A stretch of 32,013 nucleotides of DNA from a virus. Taxonomy: Duplodnaviria; Caudoviricetes. The notes under the pieces were generated by a model that saw only the letters and a list, made by a program, of their open reading frames with translations, was not told where the DNA came from and made no database searches. Positions within the stretch are counted from its first letter, which is position 1. Each line of letters opens with the position of its first letter. The stretch lies in the IMG/VR virus record IMGVR_UViG_3300022697_000257, positions 1-32,013 of that record. One strand, 5' to 3'. The position numbers and the translations under genes are program-made. Shown here piece by piece: positions 1 to 8,910 of the stretch.

Positions 1-98
1 TTATTTAGAAATTTAGCTAATTTGCTGATGCCTGTTCGACCATCAGTTGATTGGCCACACGGGTCATGCTGCATTATTTGATTGAGTGATAGTTTCAT
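1..98 (-). CDS. Hypothetical phage protein, 5' part only (runs off the window)
   Basis: Read manually: ATG at 98-96 gives MKLSLNQIMQHDPCGQSTDGRTGISKLAKFLN with no stop before the edge. The start overlaps the upstream stop (ATGA). Not in the ORF track. Confidence 0.6.
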   Translation of the reverse strand, partial: MKLSLNQIMQHDPCGQSTDGRTGISKLAKFLN

Positions 99-193
99 TT
101 TATTTGTCCCAAGACAGTGAAGAATAAACCGATGAAAGAAAAAATTGACATGATAATCCACATAATATCGATTAATTTTTTGTTAATTTTCAT
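95..193 (-). CDS. Small 32-aa single-TM membrane peptide
   Basis: Read manually: MKINKKLIDIMWIIMSIFSFIGLFFTVLGQIK*. It fills the gap between two - strand ORFs and has an ATGA overlap with the next one. Confidence 0.5.
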   Translation of the reverse strand: MKINKKLIDIMWIIMSIFSFIGLFFTVLGQIK

Positions 194-201
194 TTGCTTT
201 T

Positions 202-417
202 TTATTGACGTTTGGCTATTTCATTGGATAAAGCGTGGTCGAATACAACTCGTCCATATTTATCACAACCTTCATTAAACATTTTAGTCAAATTATCTTT
301 AGCTAACTCAGCAATACGAACTGATTTGAAATAATTATCAATGAACTGTTCAAACTCAACATCCTGAAGATTTATCAGGTCTATTGATTTTTTAAATTTT
401 TTGTGTATTTCAGTCAT
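202..417 (-). CDS. Hypothetical protein (71 aa), first gene of the leftward unit
   Basis: Track ORF 202..513 re-started at MTEIHKK (417), which is preceded by the SD-like AAGAGGTG. The longer start runs into the repeat region. Confidence 0.7.
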   Translation of the reverse strand: MTEIHKKFKKSIDLINLQDVEFEQFIDNYFKSVRIAELAKDNLTKMFNEGCDKYGRVVFDHALSNEIAKRQ

Positions 418-434
418 ATTTGCACCTCTTTTAT

Positions 435-463
435 ACTGTAGGACATTGTGTAACAAAAGTAAA
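435..463 (-). promoter_or_regulatory. Putative sigma70-type leftward promoter
   Basis: - strand TTTACT-N17-TACAGT just upstream of the SD of the 417 start. Confidence 0.4.
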
Positions 464-717
464 GATTTATTTAAATTGTTTGTAAAAACATTCTGAGCGA
501 CATGAAAAACCATAGTGGACGTACTAGTGGATGTGTAAATTAACTACTTTTAAATGTGTGGTCATTGTTGTTGTTTTTTTGGTGATGTTGAGATTTGAGT
601 CAACAAAATTCACGACATTGTGATTCTGAGCGACATGTGGAGGTAAAAACAGTTTCTACGACACTATATACTGTAGTTCTGAGCGACATTTGGACTGTCT
701 CTTAGAATGTTTTCTTG

Positions 718-966
718 TAACTTATTGATATTTAAATAGTTTTAAGTCTCACGTCTACCTACTAATAGGTAGACGTACTAGTGGACGTGGAAAATGGCTT
801 GTAACTTATTGATATTTAAAGTAAAACATTTATTACACATCCACTCATTTTTGGTGTTGTGGATGTGGTAAGTAACTGATATTCCTCACCATTCGTTTTG
901 TGGTATTTTATTTGCGACATCGTAAGTCTTTGTAAACACTAGGGTTTTCCAACTATCAATGACTTA
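718..966. promoter_or_regulatory. Cluster of IHF consensus sites (WATCAANNNNTTR)
   Basis: Perfect matches: TAACTTATTGATA at 718-730 and 802-814 (reverse orientation) and TATCAATGACTTA at 954-966. One-mismatch copy at 869-881. Confidence 0.6.
751..776. repeat. Perfect 11-bp inverted repeat (hairpin/cruciform)
   Basis: ACGTCTACCTA-CTAA-TAGGTAGACGT, lying between the two 23-bp direct repeats. Confidence 0.85.
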
Positions 967-1204
967 CCACGTCCACTATACCCCCCATATATGAAACGCT
1001 CAGATGGAAATAAAAAATATTTTTTTCACAGCCTTTGAGTATTCGGACACCTAGTGGACGTGGCCTAAAACATCCTAATGTTGCTCAGAATGACAGTGAT
1101 ACTATGTGGAACACAAGGGTAAAAGTAACGGTGAAATACGTTAAAATGTAACTATAGTAAATATGCTAAACTTTCCATAATATCACAGTTTATCGGTAAA
1201 AATT

Positions 1205-1645
1205 ATGCCACCAAGAATCACAGTCAAAGATTTAACTGGGTTGAAGCCTGCGTATGCCAATTTCGTTATTGAATATGTGAAGGATTTCTCACCTCGGCGT
1301 GCTGCTGAAGCTTCCGGGTTTGCTCCTTCATATGGTGCACACTTGGCAGAAATCAAGGAAATCGACGAAGCCATTAAGAGGATATTAACATCAAGACTCG
1401 AAATTAGTCACATTGATGCTGAGTGGTTGTTGATGGAAGCGGTGGATAATCACATGATAGCCAGAAGTCAGGGGAACATCGCATCCAGTAATACAGCCCT
1501 GGGTATTGTTGCTAAACACAAGTTTGTTGATGCATTTGCTGCTGAAAAAGTTGAAATCAACAGTGATAAAGATATAATGGAGCGGTTGATAAGGGGTCGC
1601 AATCGAGCGAACAATCAAGAAGACGAAGATGTTTCCTTCCTATAA
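1205..1645 (+). CDS. terS: Terminase small subunit
   Basis: N-terminal HTH-like pattern (FVIEYVKDFSPRRAAEASGF), size 146 aa, directly upstream of TerL. Confidence 0.85.
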   Translation: MPPRITVKDLTGLKPAYANFVIEYVKDFSPRRAAEASGFAPSYGAHLAEIKEIDEAIKRILTSRLEISHIDAEWLLMEAVDNHMIARSQGNIASSNTALGIVAKHKFVDAFAAEKVEINSDKDIMERLIRGRNRANNQEDEDVSFL

Positions 1646-1654
1646 TAAGTAAAA

Positions 1655-3238
1655 ATGTTAAAAACAACACCTAATCACACATCCGTTCGTTCGGCGATGA
1701 CATCCTCAGGGGAATATGAACCTGGGCAAATTGATTTAATATTAGCTGATGAATGTTCTAATTATTATGCCGACCCCCTTGGTTGGGTGTTGTGGGCATT
1801 TGATTGGGACCACGGCGAGTTAGATGGGTTCGATGGTCCTGACATATGGCAAACAGAAACGTTAATTCGAATTGGTAAACAAGTCACCGAACGTGGTTTC
1901 GATGGTATTAACCCTGTAAACCCTATTCGAGAAGCCACTGCATCAGGCCATGGCATTGGCAAGAGTGCGTTAACATCCTGGCTTATATTATGGATAATGT
2001 CCACCAGGCCATATGCCAAAGGCATCGTTACAGCAAATACATCTGACCAATTACGAACTAAAACCTGGGGTGAGTTGGGTAAATGGCGTAGTAGGTGTAT
2101 TGTTGGTCATTGGTTTGAATATAACAATGGTCGAAACTCGATGTCGTTATATCACCACTCACATCCAGAATCATGGCGTGTTGATGCTCAAACATGTCGT
2201 GAAGAGAATTCAGAAGCATTCGCCGGCTTACATTCTGCTAATTCCACACCATTTTACATTTTTGATGAAGCAAGTGCAGTTCCTGATAAAATATGGGAAG
2301 TGGCTGAAGGTGGGTTGACCGATGGTGAACCTATGTTTTTTGCTTTTGGTAACCCAACACGTAACACAGGTAAATTCAGAGAATGTTTTAATCGTAACAA
2401 ACACCGGTGGACAACCAATCAAATCGATAGTCGTACTGCCAAAATGACCAATAAGAAACTAATCGAACAGTGGCGTGTTGATTGGGGAGAAGACTCTGAT
2501 TTCTTCAGAGTTCGAGTATTGGGTCGATTTCCTCGCGCAGGTGACACACAATTTATTCCAAGTGATATTGTTTTTGATGCTCAGAAACGTGGGCCAGGTC
2601 GATATTTAGGTGATGACCCATTAATTTGTGGGATTGACATTGCCCGAGGTGGTGATGATAACTGTATGATTGGGTTCAGACGTGGGAAAGATGCTAAATC
2701 TGAGAAGACATATCGAATACCGGGAGAAAATTCTCGTAACTCAATGCATGTTGTTAGTAAAATTACAATGATACTTGACAGACATAAGCCTGATGTAACG
2801 TTTTTGGATGAAACTGGCATCGGTGGACCGATATTAGATAGGTTGGTACAGTTGGGGTATCATGTCATCGGTGTTCATTTCGGTGGTAAAGCGGATGATG
2901 AAAAACGTTTTGCTAATAAAACAGCTGAAATGGGTTATAGGTTAAGACAATGGTTGATGGATGGTGGTGCAATAGTCGATAATCCTCAACTCGAAGAGGA
3001 ACTTACATCGCGTGATTATTGGCATGATGATAAGGATAAGTTAGTTTTAGAAAAGAAAAAGGACATGAAAAAGCGCATACATTGTTCTCCTGATTGGGGT
3101 GACATGTTATATCTGCTATTTGCACATCTTGTACCTAAAAGGGAAATTGCACGAGGGTTGTTGGATGCTGCGTTACCAAATAGAACTGTGGGTTCAGGTG
3201 ATTATGACCCGTTATCATGTATGGATTATGACACGTAG
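1655..3238 (+). CDS. terL: Terminase large subunit
   Basis: Walker A SGHGIGKS, Walker B YIFDEAS, coupling motif GNP, RNase H-like nuclease motifs GIDIARGGDD and SPDWGD. Confidence 0.95.
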   Translation: MLKTTPNHTSVRSAMTSSGEYEPGQIDLILADECSNYYADPLGWVLWAFDWDHGELDGFDGPDIWQTETLIRIGKQVTERGFDGINPVNPIREATASGHGIGKSALTSWLILWIMSTRPYAKGIVTANTSDQLRTKTWGELGKWRSRCIVGHWFEYNNGRNSMSLYHHSHPESWRVDAQTCREENSEAFAGLHSANSTPFYIFDEASAVPDKIWEVAEGGLTDGEPMFFAFGNPTRNTGKFRECFNRNKHRWTTNQIDSRTAKMTNKKLIEQWRVDWGEDSDFFRVRVLGRFPRAGDTQFIPSDIVFDAQKRGPGRYLGDDPLICGIDIARGGDDNCMIGFRRGKDAKSEKTYRIPGENSRNSMHVVSKITMILDRHKPDVTFLDETGIGGPILDRLVQLGYHVIGVHFGGKADDEKRFANKTAEMGYRLRQWLMDGGAIVDNPQLEEELTSRDYWHDDKDKLVLEKKKDMKKRIHCSPDWGDMLYLLFAHLVPKREIARGLLDAALPNRTVGSGDYDPLSCMDYDT

Positions 3239-3283
3239 TATGCTATTATTACTTAAATTTTGAATTAATCAAGAGGTATCACT

Positions 3284-3505
3284 ATGTGTGTTAGTACATC
3301 ATCTGCACCAACACCGCCGCCGCGTGTACCTGAAGCGGCTCAAGCCCCATCGGTATCAACAGCAGATGCTCAAACAGCATCGGAAAGGGATACAAAAAGA
3401 AGACGTGCCGCCGCTGGTGGTGATAGTCGTAGTACAATTTTGACTGGTCCAAGAGGTGCACAAGACGGTGGGACTGTAGTTCAGAAAACATTATTAGGAG
3501 CATAA
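3284..3505 (+). CDS. Small virion/tail-assembly protein of the pre-portal type
   Basis: SD AAGAGG. MC start, Pro/Ala-rich, with RRR..STILT..KTLLG as in the small pre-portal genes of this podovirus type. Confidence 0.7.
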   Translation: MCVSTSSAPTPPPRVPEAAQAPSVSTADAQTASERDTKRRRAAAGGDSRSTILTGPRGAQDGGTVVQKTLLGA

Positions 3506-3508
3506 ATA

Positions 3509-5221
3509 ATGCCAACATTGTCTGTTAATCTGAGTACTTTAGAGTATGTGAAGGTTAATACAGCTCTTAACCCTATGATTTTACAAGCTCATAATGATTC
3601 TGTTCGAATTACAATCAGTGAATTTAAACCCAGTAAAAGTAATCCAGTTTTTCATTTAGTTGGTGGAAATAGTGCACCGTTACATTTGAATTCAGTTGAT
3701 ACTAATATTTGGGCGTTGGCTACCACTGACGATTCGTCACTTATAGTAAGTGAGACCAGACGATTACCTGTTGATACTGGGTTACAATTGAATGCATTCT
3801 CTGAATTATTAGTTTCTGAATTAACACCTATCATGAATGTTGAATTCAATTATAATCTACATGAAGATTTAGTCACAACAAAGCTAAACAAAGGTTCAGC
3901 ATCCATTGATTCGAACAGGTTAAAACTGTCAACTGGGGCTGTAGCCAATCAATCAGCACAATTATTGACTCGAATCCCTATCAAATACCATGGTGGAATT
4001 GGTGCTCGTGCTAGGTTTTCGGCATTATTCACATTAGGTGTGATTAACTCAACACAGGTTATCGGTGTAGGTGATAGCGGTGATGGGTATTTTTTTGGTT
4101 ATGATGGCTCAGCATTTGGAATACTGAAACGAAATGGTGGTGTTAACGAACGAAGAAGCATTCAAATAACAACCAAATCAACAACTGCTGAAAACATCAC
4201 CATCACATTAGATGGTGACGCTGATGTTTTGGTTGCTGTTACAGATGCTAGTTCTGGTGATGTTACCACCACAGCAAACGATATTGCTGCACATGATTTT
4301 TCACATTTAGGAGGCGGTTGGATTGCTGTTGCTATCGGTGACATTGTGGAATTCACTTCATTCAAATCAGGAGCAAAATCAGAAACTTACTCATTATCTG
4401 GAGCATCAACAGCGATTGGGGTTAGTTCTCAGATATTAGCAGGTGTAGCTAAAACCGATAATTGGACTCCACAAGCATCATGGAATAATGACAGATTTGA
4501 TGGGAGTGATATCAGTGGAGTAACATTAGACCCTACAAAAGGTAATATATATCAGATAAAATATCAATGGTTGGGTTTTGGATTGATTAGTTTTTATATT
4601 GAAAATCCGAATGATGGTGCTTCTGAATTAGTTCATTCAATTAAATATGCTAATTCAAATGAACTCCCGATAATAGATAATCCTAATTTACCAATATGTG
4701 CTTTTGTTGAAAATACTACGAACACAACTGACATTGCATTGTATAGCTCTTCCCTGGGTGGGTTTATTGAAGGTAAAAAACCTACACCACAGGTGAAGCA
4801 TGTTATTATTCAGGATAAAACATTTTCATCAACAACTATTGCACCAGTGATTACTATTCACAATAGTAATTTATTTCAAGGGAAAAAGAATAGAATACGT
4901 ATGAAAATAAACAGTATATCAGTTGAAATTGAGTCCGGTAAACCTGCAATAATTGAAGTTTTTAAAAATGCTACTTTAACATCTGCATCATTTTCCATTC
5001 ATAGCGAGAATAAGTCAGTAGCTAAAACTGATAACTCAGCAATATCTCAATTAAATGGAGAGTTGCTTGATGCTTTTACTGTTTCTTCAGGTACAAGTAA
5101 GGAAAAAAATCAAACTATTTATGTTGAACCCGATGAAACAATAACAATATCGGGTGCTCAAGCTTCATCTGGTGCTAATTCAGTCAGTAAGGTTATTGTA
5201 AATTGGGAAGAGGATTTTTAA
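3509..5221 (+). CDS. 570-aa beta-rich protein of unknown function, probably structural
   Basis: SD AGGAG. Ser/Thr/Gly-rich with a beta-strand pattern. Motifs NAFSELLVSE and LDPTKGNIYQIKYQWLGFG. Tightly packed in the head operon. Confidence 0.6.
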   Translation: MPTLSVNLSTLEYVKVNTALNPMILQAHNDSVRITISEFKPSKSNPVFHLVGGNSAPLHLNSVDTNIWALATTDDSSLIVSETRRLPVDTGLQLNAFSELLVSELTPIMNVEFNYNLHEDLVTTKLNKGSASIDSNRLKLSTGAVANQSAQLLTRIPIKYHGGIGARARFSALFTLGVINSTQVIGVGDSGDGYFFGYDGSAFGILKRNGGVNERRSIQITTKSTTAENITITLDGDADVLVAVTDASSGDVTTTANDIAAHDFSHLGGGWIAVAIGDIVEFTSFKSGAKSETYSLSGASTAIGVSSQILAGVAKTDNWTPQASWNNDRFDGSDISGVTLDPTKGNIYQIKYQWLGFGLISFYIENPNDGASELVHSIKYANSNELPIIDNPNLPICAFVENTTNTTDIALYSSSLGGFIEGKKPTPQVKHVIIQDKTFSSTTIAPVITIHNSNLFQGKKNRIRMKINSISVEIESGKPAIIEVFKNATLTSASFSIHSENKSVAKTDNSAISQLNGELLDAFTVSSGTSKEKNQTIYVEPDETITISGAQASSGANSVSKVIVNWEEDF

Positions 5222-5222
5222 T

Positions 5223-6899
5223 ATGTCAACAATTATAAGTTACAACAAACGACTTGAGGCTTTAAAGTCTGAACGTTCGTCATTCATACCGTTATGGAGA
5301 GAATTATCTGATTATCACCTGGCTCATCGTGGACGTTTTCTAACATCTGATAGAAACAAAGGTCATAAACGCAACACTAAACAAATAAACAACACGAGCA
5401 GATTATCTGTTAGAACGTTGGGTTCTGGTATGATGTCAGGTATCACATCACCTGCACGCCCTTGGTTTAGATTGTCAACTGGAGATAAACAGCTTGATGA
5501 TTCGAGTAACGTTAAAACGTGGTTACATCAAGTTCAATTGACAATGTATAACGTATTCGCATCATCAAACACTTACAATTCATTACATCAGTTATATTCG
5601 GAATTGGGTGTTTTTGGTACAGCTGCTATGGGTGTGTTTAATGATTTCGAAAATATCATCTGGTGTAAACCATATACAATCGGAAGTTACATGTTGGGTG
5701 CAAATGGTCAAAATGTAGTTGATACAATGTATCGAGAATACGAGTTAAGTGTTGGTCAGGTGATAAAACAATTTGGGATTGATAATGTCAGTTCTCAAGT
5801 GAAAACAATGTGGCAAAAAGGTAATAGCGAAGCGTGGATAAAAGTAATTCATGTAATTGAACCCAATGATGACCGTGACAGTTCAAGTCCACTCGCTTCT
5901 GATAAACCATTTCGTTCTGTTTATTATGAATATGATTCAAGTTCTAAGAATCCAAAAGACAGTTTTTTGCGTGAATCAGGTTTTGATGATTTTAAAATAG
6001 TTGCACCACGCTGGGATGTAACCGGTGAAGATATATACGCTACTGATTGCCCTGGTATTACCGCATTAGGAGACACCAAGGCGTTACAATTAGCTGAACG
6101 TCGTAAATACCAAGCCATTGATAAGCTGGTTAGCCCTCCTTTACAGGGGCCAGCAGCACTTAAGAATAAGCTAAAAGGAAATCAACTTGGACCAAACGAT
6201 ATTGTTTGGCATGACACAGCTGATAATGGAGGGTTGAGAAGTATCTACGAAAGATATCGACCTGAAGTGAATGTAATCAGAGAAGAAATAATGGGTACCG
6301 AGAACAGAATAAAGCGTGCATTTTATGAAGATTTATTCTTGATGTTGGCTAATACTGACCGCAGACAGATTTCAGCTCGTGAAGTTGTTGAAAAACATGA
6401 AGAAAAATTGTTGATGTTGGGACCAGTACTTGAACGATTACACACAGAACTACTCGACCCATTGATTGATATAACATTCAACAACTTACAAAAGAATGGT
6501 GTCTTACCATTACCACCACCTGAACTGCAAAATAGAGAATTAAAAGTTGAATATGTATCAGTGTTGGCTCAAGCGCAACGCCTGGTAAACACTGGCGCAA
6601 TTGATAGAATCACACAATTCACTGGGCAAATAGCGGCTGTTTGGCCTAATGCCAGACATAAAATCGATGCTAATCAAGCGGTTGATGATTATGCCGAGTC
6701 GCTTGGTGTAGACCCTGCAATCATTAAAAGTGATAGGGAAGCTGAAGCTTTAGCCGCAGCGGAAGCACAAGCACAAGCACAAGCTGATATGATGGCTCGT
6801 GGGGAACAGTTAGCAAATGTCGCTAAAACTGCATCAGAAACCAATATCGAAGGGGATAGTGTCCTCGGTGCAACAATAGAAAGGGCTGGGTTAAATTAA
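5223..6899 (+). CDS. Portal / head-tail connector (T7 gp8, BPP-1 Bbp21-like)
   Basis: 558 aa. GITSPARPWFRL, LGVFGTA, SAREVVEKHEEKLLMLGPVLERL and VEYVSVLAQAQ are typical head-tail connector motifs. Confidence 0.93.
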   Translation: MSTIISYNKRLEALKSERSSFIPLWRELSDYHLAHRGRFLTSDRNKGHKRNTKQINNTSRLSVRTLGSGMMSGITSPARPWFRLSTGDKQLDDSSNVKTWLHQVQLTMYNVFASSNTYNSLHQLYSELGVFGTAAMGVFNDFENIIWCKPYTIGSYMLGANGQNVVDTMYREYELSVGQVIKQFGIDNVSSQVKTMWQKGNSEAWIKVIHVIEPNDDRDSSSPLASDKPFRSVYYEYDSSSKNPKDSFLRESGFDDFKIVAPRWDVTGEDIYATDCPGITALGDTKALQLAERRKYQAIDKLVSPPLQGPAALKNKLKGNQLGPNDIVWHDTADNGGLRSIYERYRPEVNVIREEIMGTENRIKRAFYEDLFLMLANTDRRQISAREVVEKHEEKLLMLGPVLERLHTELLDPLIDITFNNLQKNGVLPLPPPELQNRELKVEYVSVLAQAQRLVNTGAIDRITQFTGQIAAVWPNARHKIDANQAVDDYAESLGVDPAIIKSDREAEALAAAEAQAQAQADMMARGEQLANVAKTASETNIEGDSVLGATIERAGLN

Positions 6900-7183
6900 T
6901 GAAAAATGGTGAAATTGACGAAGATGAAAAGATAGACGATAATAACAAGAATAATCCTGATGTTTTAGCTATTCAAAACATAATGAGAACTGAAGGCGGT
7001 AGAACTTTTATAATGTGTCAATTACAAGCATGTTTTGTTTTTGAAAGTATATTCAGCAAAGACCCAATAGTTTCAAGTTATAACAATGGGTTAAGAGATG
7101 CAGGTTTAAGATTAGAACGTGAAATCAAAGAATCAGCTCCAGAAGATTATTTGAAAATGATTAAGGAGAACTTACTAAAATGA
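6899..7183 (+). CDS. Conserved small protein between portal and scaffold (Bbp19-like)
   Basis: IMRTEGGRTFI...YNNGLRDAGL pattern and synteny. Confidence 0.7.
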   Translation: MKNGEIDEDEKIDDNNKNNPDVLAIQNIMRTEGGRTFIMCQLQACFVFESIFSKDPIVSSYNNGLRDAGLRLEREIKESAPEDYLKMIKENLLK

Positions 7184-7866
7184 CTGACGCTGCCACAACA
7201 AGTGTTGAAACAGATATAATAGTTAACACTGATACCACGAACGAGGTGGATAATAAGGATTCAGTGTTAACTGGAACTACCACCGAAGATAAAGGTGATG
7301 ACAATAATTCTAATGTGGATGGTAATACACCCACTGATGATAATACTGATGATAATACTGATGTGAATCAGAATGACACTGGTACAGAAGACGATGATGT
7401 ATCTCCAGAAACTTATGCCGATTTTAGTTTACCTGAAGGGGTTGAACTTGATGAAACTGCATTAGCTGAAGCAAACCCGTTATTTAAAGAAATTGGTTTG
7501 AATCAGGAGCAGGCTCAAAAAGTCATAGACCTTTACGCTAAACAAATCCAGGCGAGTTCTGTGAAGCAAGTTGACAGCTTTAACCAGTTAATGAAAGACT
7601 GGCGTGATAAGTCCAGTAATGACAAAGAGTTCGGTGGTGACAAATTCGAAGAAAATGTCAAAATCGCACAATCTGCCATTGCCAAGCTTGGAACACCAGA
7701 ATTGAAGCAACTACTGGAAGAACATGGGGTGGGTAATCACCCTGAAGTTATCCGGTTTATGGTTCGAGTTGGTCAAACACTGAAAGAAGATGTGCCCGGT
7801 TCGTCCGGTTCCACACCTAATCAAGTTGTTGACCGTGTTGAATTGATGTATCCGAAGGATACTTAA
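7180..7866 (+). CDS. Capsid scaffolding/assembly protein
   Basis: Acidic low-complexity N-terminus, PETYADFSLPEG, DKEFGG, GNHPEVIRFM. Immediately upstream of the major capsid gene. Confidence 0.8.
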   Translation: MTDAATTSVETDIIVNTDTTNEVDNKDSVLTGTTTEDKGDDNNSNVDGNTPTDDNTDDNTDVNQNDTGTEDDDVSPETYADFSLPEGVELDETALAEANPLFKEIGLNQEQAQKVIDLYAKQIQASSVKQVDSFNQLMKDWRDKSSNDKEFGGDKFEENVKIAQSAIAKLGTPELKQLLEEHGVGNHPEVIRFMVRVGQTLKEDVPGSSGSTPNQVVDRVELMYPKDT

Positions 7867-7885
7867 ACTTATTGTGAGGTAAATC

Positions 7886-8884
7886 ATGGCTACTTTAGGA
7901 AGTAACTTTGTCGATTTAATCGATATTTATAAATTACAGGATGGTCACGGTAATTTTGTACCAGTGATTGAAATTTTAATGGAGTTAACCCCAATGCTTG
8001 ACGATGCGATTGCGGTCGAGTGTAACAAGGGTACTACTCATTTACACACTGTTCGTTCTGGATTACCGAGTGTTACCTGGGGTAAACTTTATCAGGGTAT
8101 TCCAAACAGTAAAAGTGGTAAGGCTCAAGTCGAAGATACTACCGGTTTTGTTGAAGGTCTCAGTACAGTTGATAAACGACTATTGGAATTGTCTACAAAT
8201 GAAGGTGCAGTTCGGTTATCTGAAGCTCAATCATATTTAGAAGCAATGTCACAAGAAGTTGCCACTAAGCTGATTTACGGTAACTCGGCATCTGACCCTG
8301 AAGAATTCATGGGATTTGCACCGAGATTTAACGATTTGAGTGCCCCTAATGGTAATCAAATTATAGATGCTGGTGGTGTTGGTGTAGATAACACGTCGAT
8401 ATGGTTCGTTACTTGGGGTGATAATCAATGTAATCTTCTTTATCCTAAGGGAACTCGCGCCGGTGTTCAGCGTGAAGACAAAGGTGAACAGCGTGTTTTG
8501 GATAGTAACAGCAATGCTTACTACGCTAAAGAAGAATTGTTTACCTGGCACATTGGTTTAGCGGTTAAAGATTGGCGTTATGTATCACGTATTGCAAATA
8601 TCGATGTATCATTGATGCAGGCTGGTTCTGTTCTTTTGTATGACTTCATGCGTAAAGCATATTATAAGTTGCAAAATCGACGTGTAGCCGGTGGTACTAT
8701 TGCTATATATTGCAATCGTGATGTACTCGAGTCATTAGATGCATTAGCCACTAACGCTGGTGCAAGTGATAACTTTGTTCGACTCAAACCAATGGAAATC
8801 GAAGGTAAGGAAGTAATGACTTATCGTGGTATTCCAATTCGTGAAACCGATGCAATAATCAACACTGAAGCTCGTGTGGTTTAA
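7886..8884 (+). CDS. Major capsid protein (epsilon15 gp7 / BPP-1 Bbp17-like)
   Basis: 332 aa, SD GAGG. Motifs VRSGLPSVTW, YGN..DPEEFMG, TSIWFVTWG, DWRYVSRIANID, GIPIRETDAIINTEARV. Confidence 0.93.
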   Translation: MATLGSNFVDLIDIYKLQDGHGNFVPVIEILMELTPMLDDAIAVECNKGTTHLHTVRSGLPSVTWGKLYQGIPNSKSGKAQVEDTTGFVEGLSTVDKRLLELSTNEGAVRLSEAQSYLEAMSQEVATKLIYGNSASDPEEFMGFAPRFNDLSAPNGNQIIDAGGVGVDNTSIWFVTWGDNQCNLLYPKGTRAGVQREDKGEQRVLDSNSNAYYAKEELFTWHIGLAVKDWRYVSRIANIDVSLMQAGSVLLYDFMRKAYYKLQNRRVAGGTIAIYCNRDVLESLDALATNAGASDNFVRLKPMEIEGKEVMTYRGIPIRETDAIINTEARVV

Positions 8885-8910
8885 TTAATTTAAATTTAGG
8901 AGAATATAAA

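Larger units (their letters stand above)
490..1091. repeat. Repeat-dense non-coding control region (candidate replication origin or packaging site)
   Basis: TTCTGAGCGACAT at 491, 624 and 677, plus an inverted 1-mismatch copy at 1078-1090. Octamer GTRGAYGT direct at 515, 527, 769, 781, 859, 1054 and inverted at 751, 837, 969. 23-bp direct repeat at 714-736 and 798-820. Confidence 0.85.

Noticed and set aside
418-513. N-terminal extension of ORF 202..513
   Set aside because: It overlaps the predicted promoter and repeat boxes. A good SD precedes the Met at 417.
490-820. Mini-CRISPR or guide-RNA array
   Set aside because: Repeats are 13-23 bp, irregularly spaced (133 and 53 bp), in mixed orientation and of several families. 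There is no cas or other RNA-guided effector gene in the window.
7333-7363. 12-bp repeat (TDDN) in the scaffold; also GCACAA x3 near 6765 and GCAGGTACA x3 near 24700
   Set aside because: Short low-copy slippage repeats in low-complexity linkers, ordinary.
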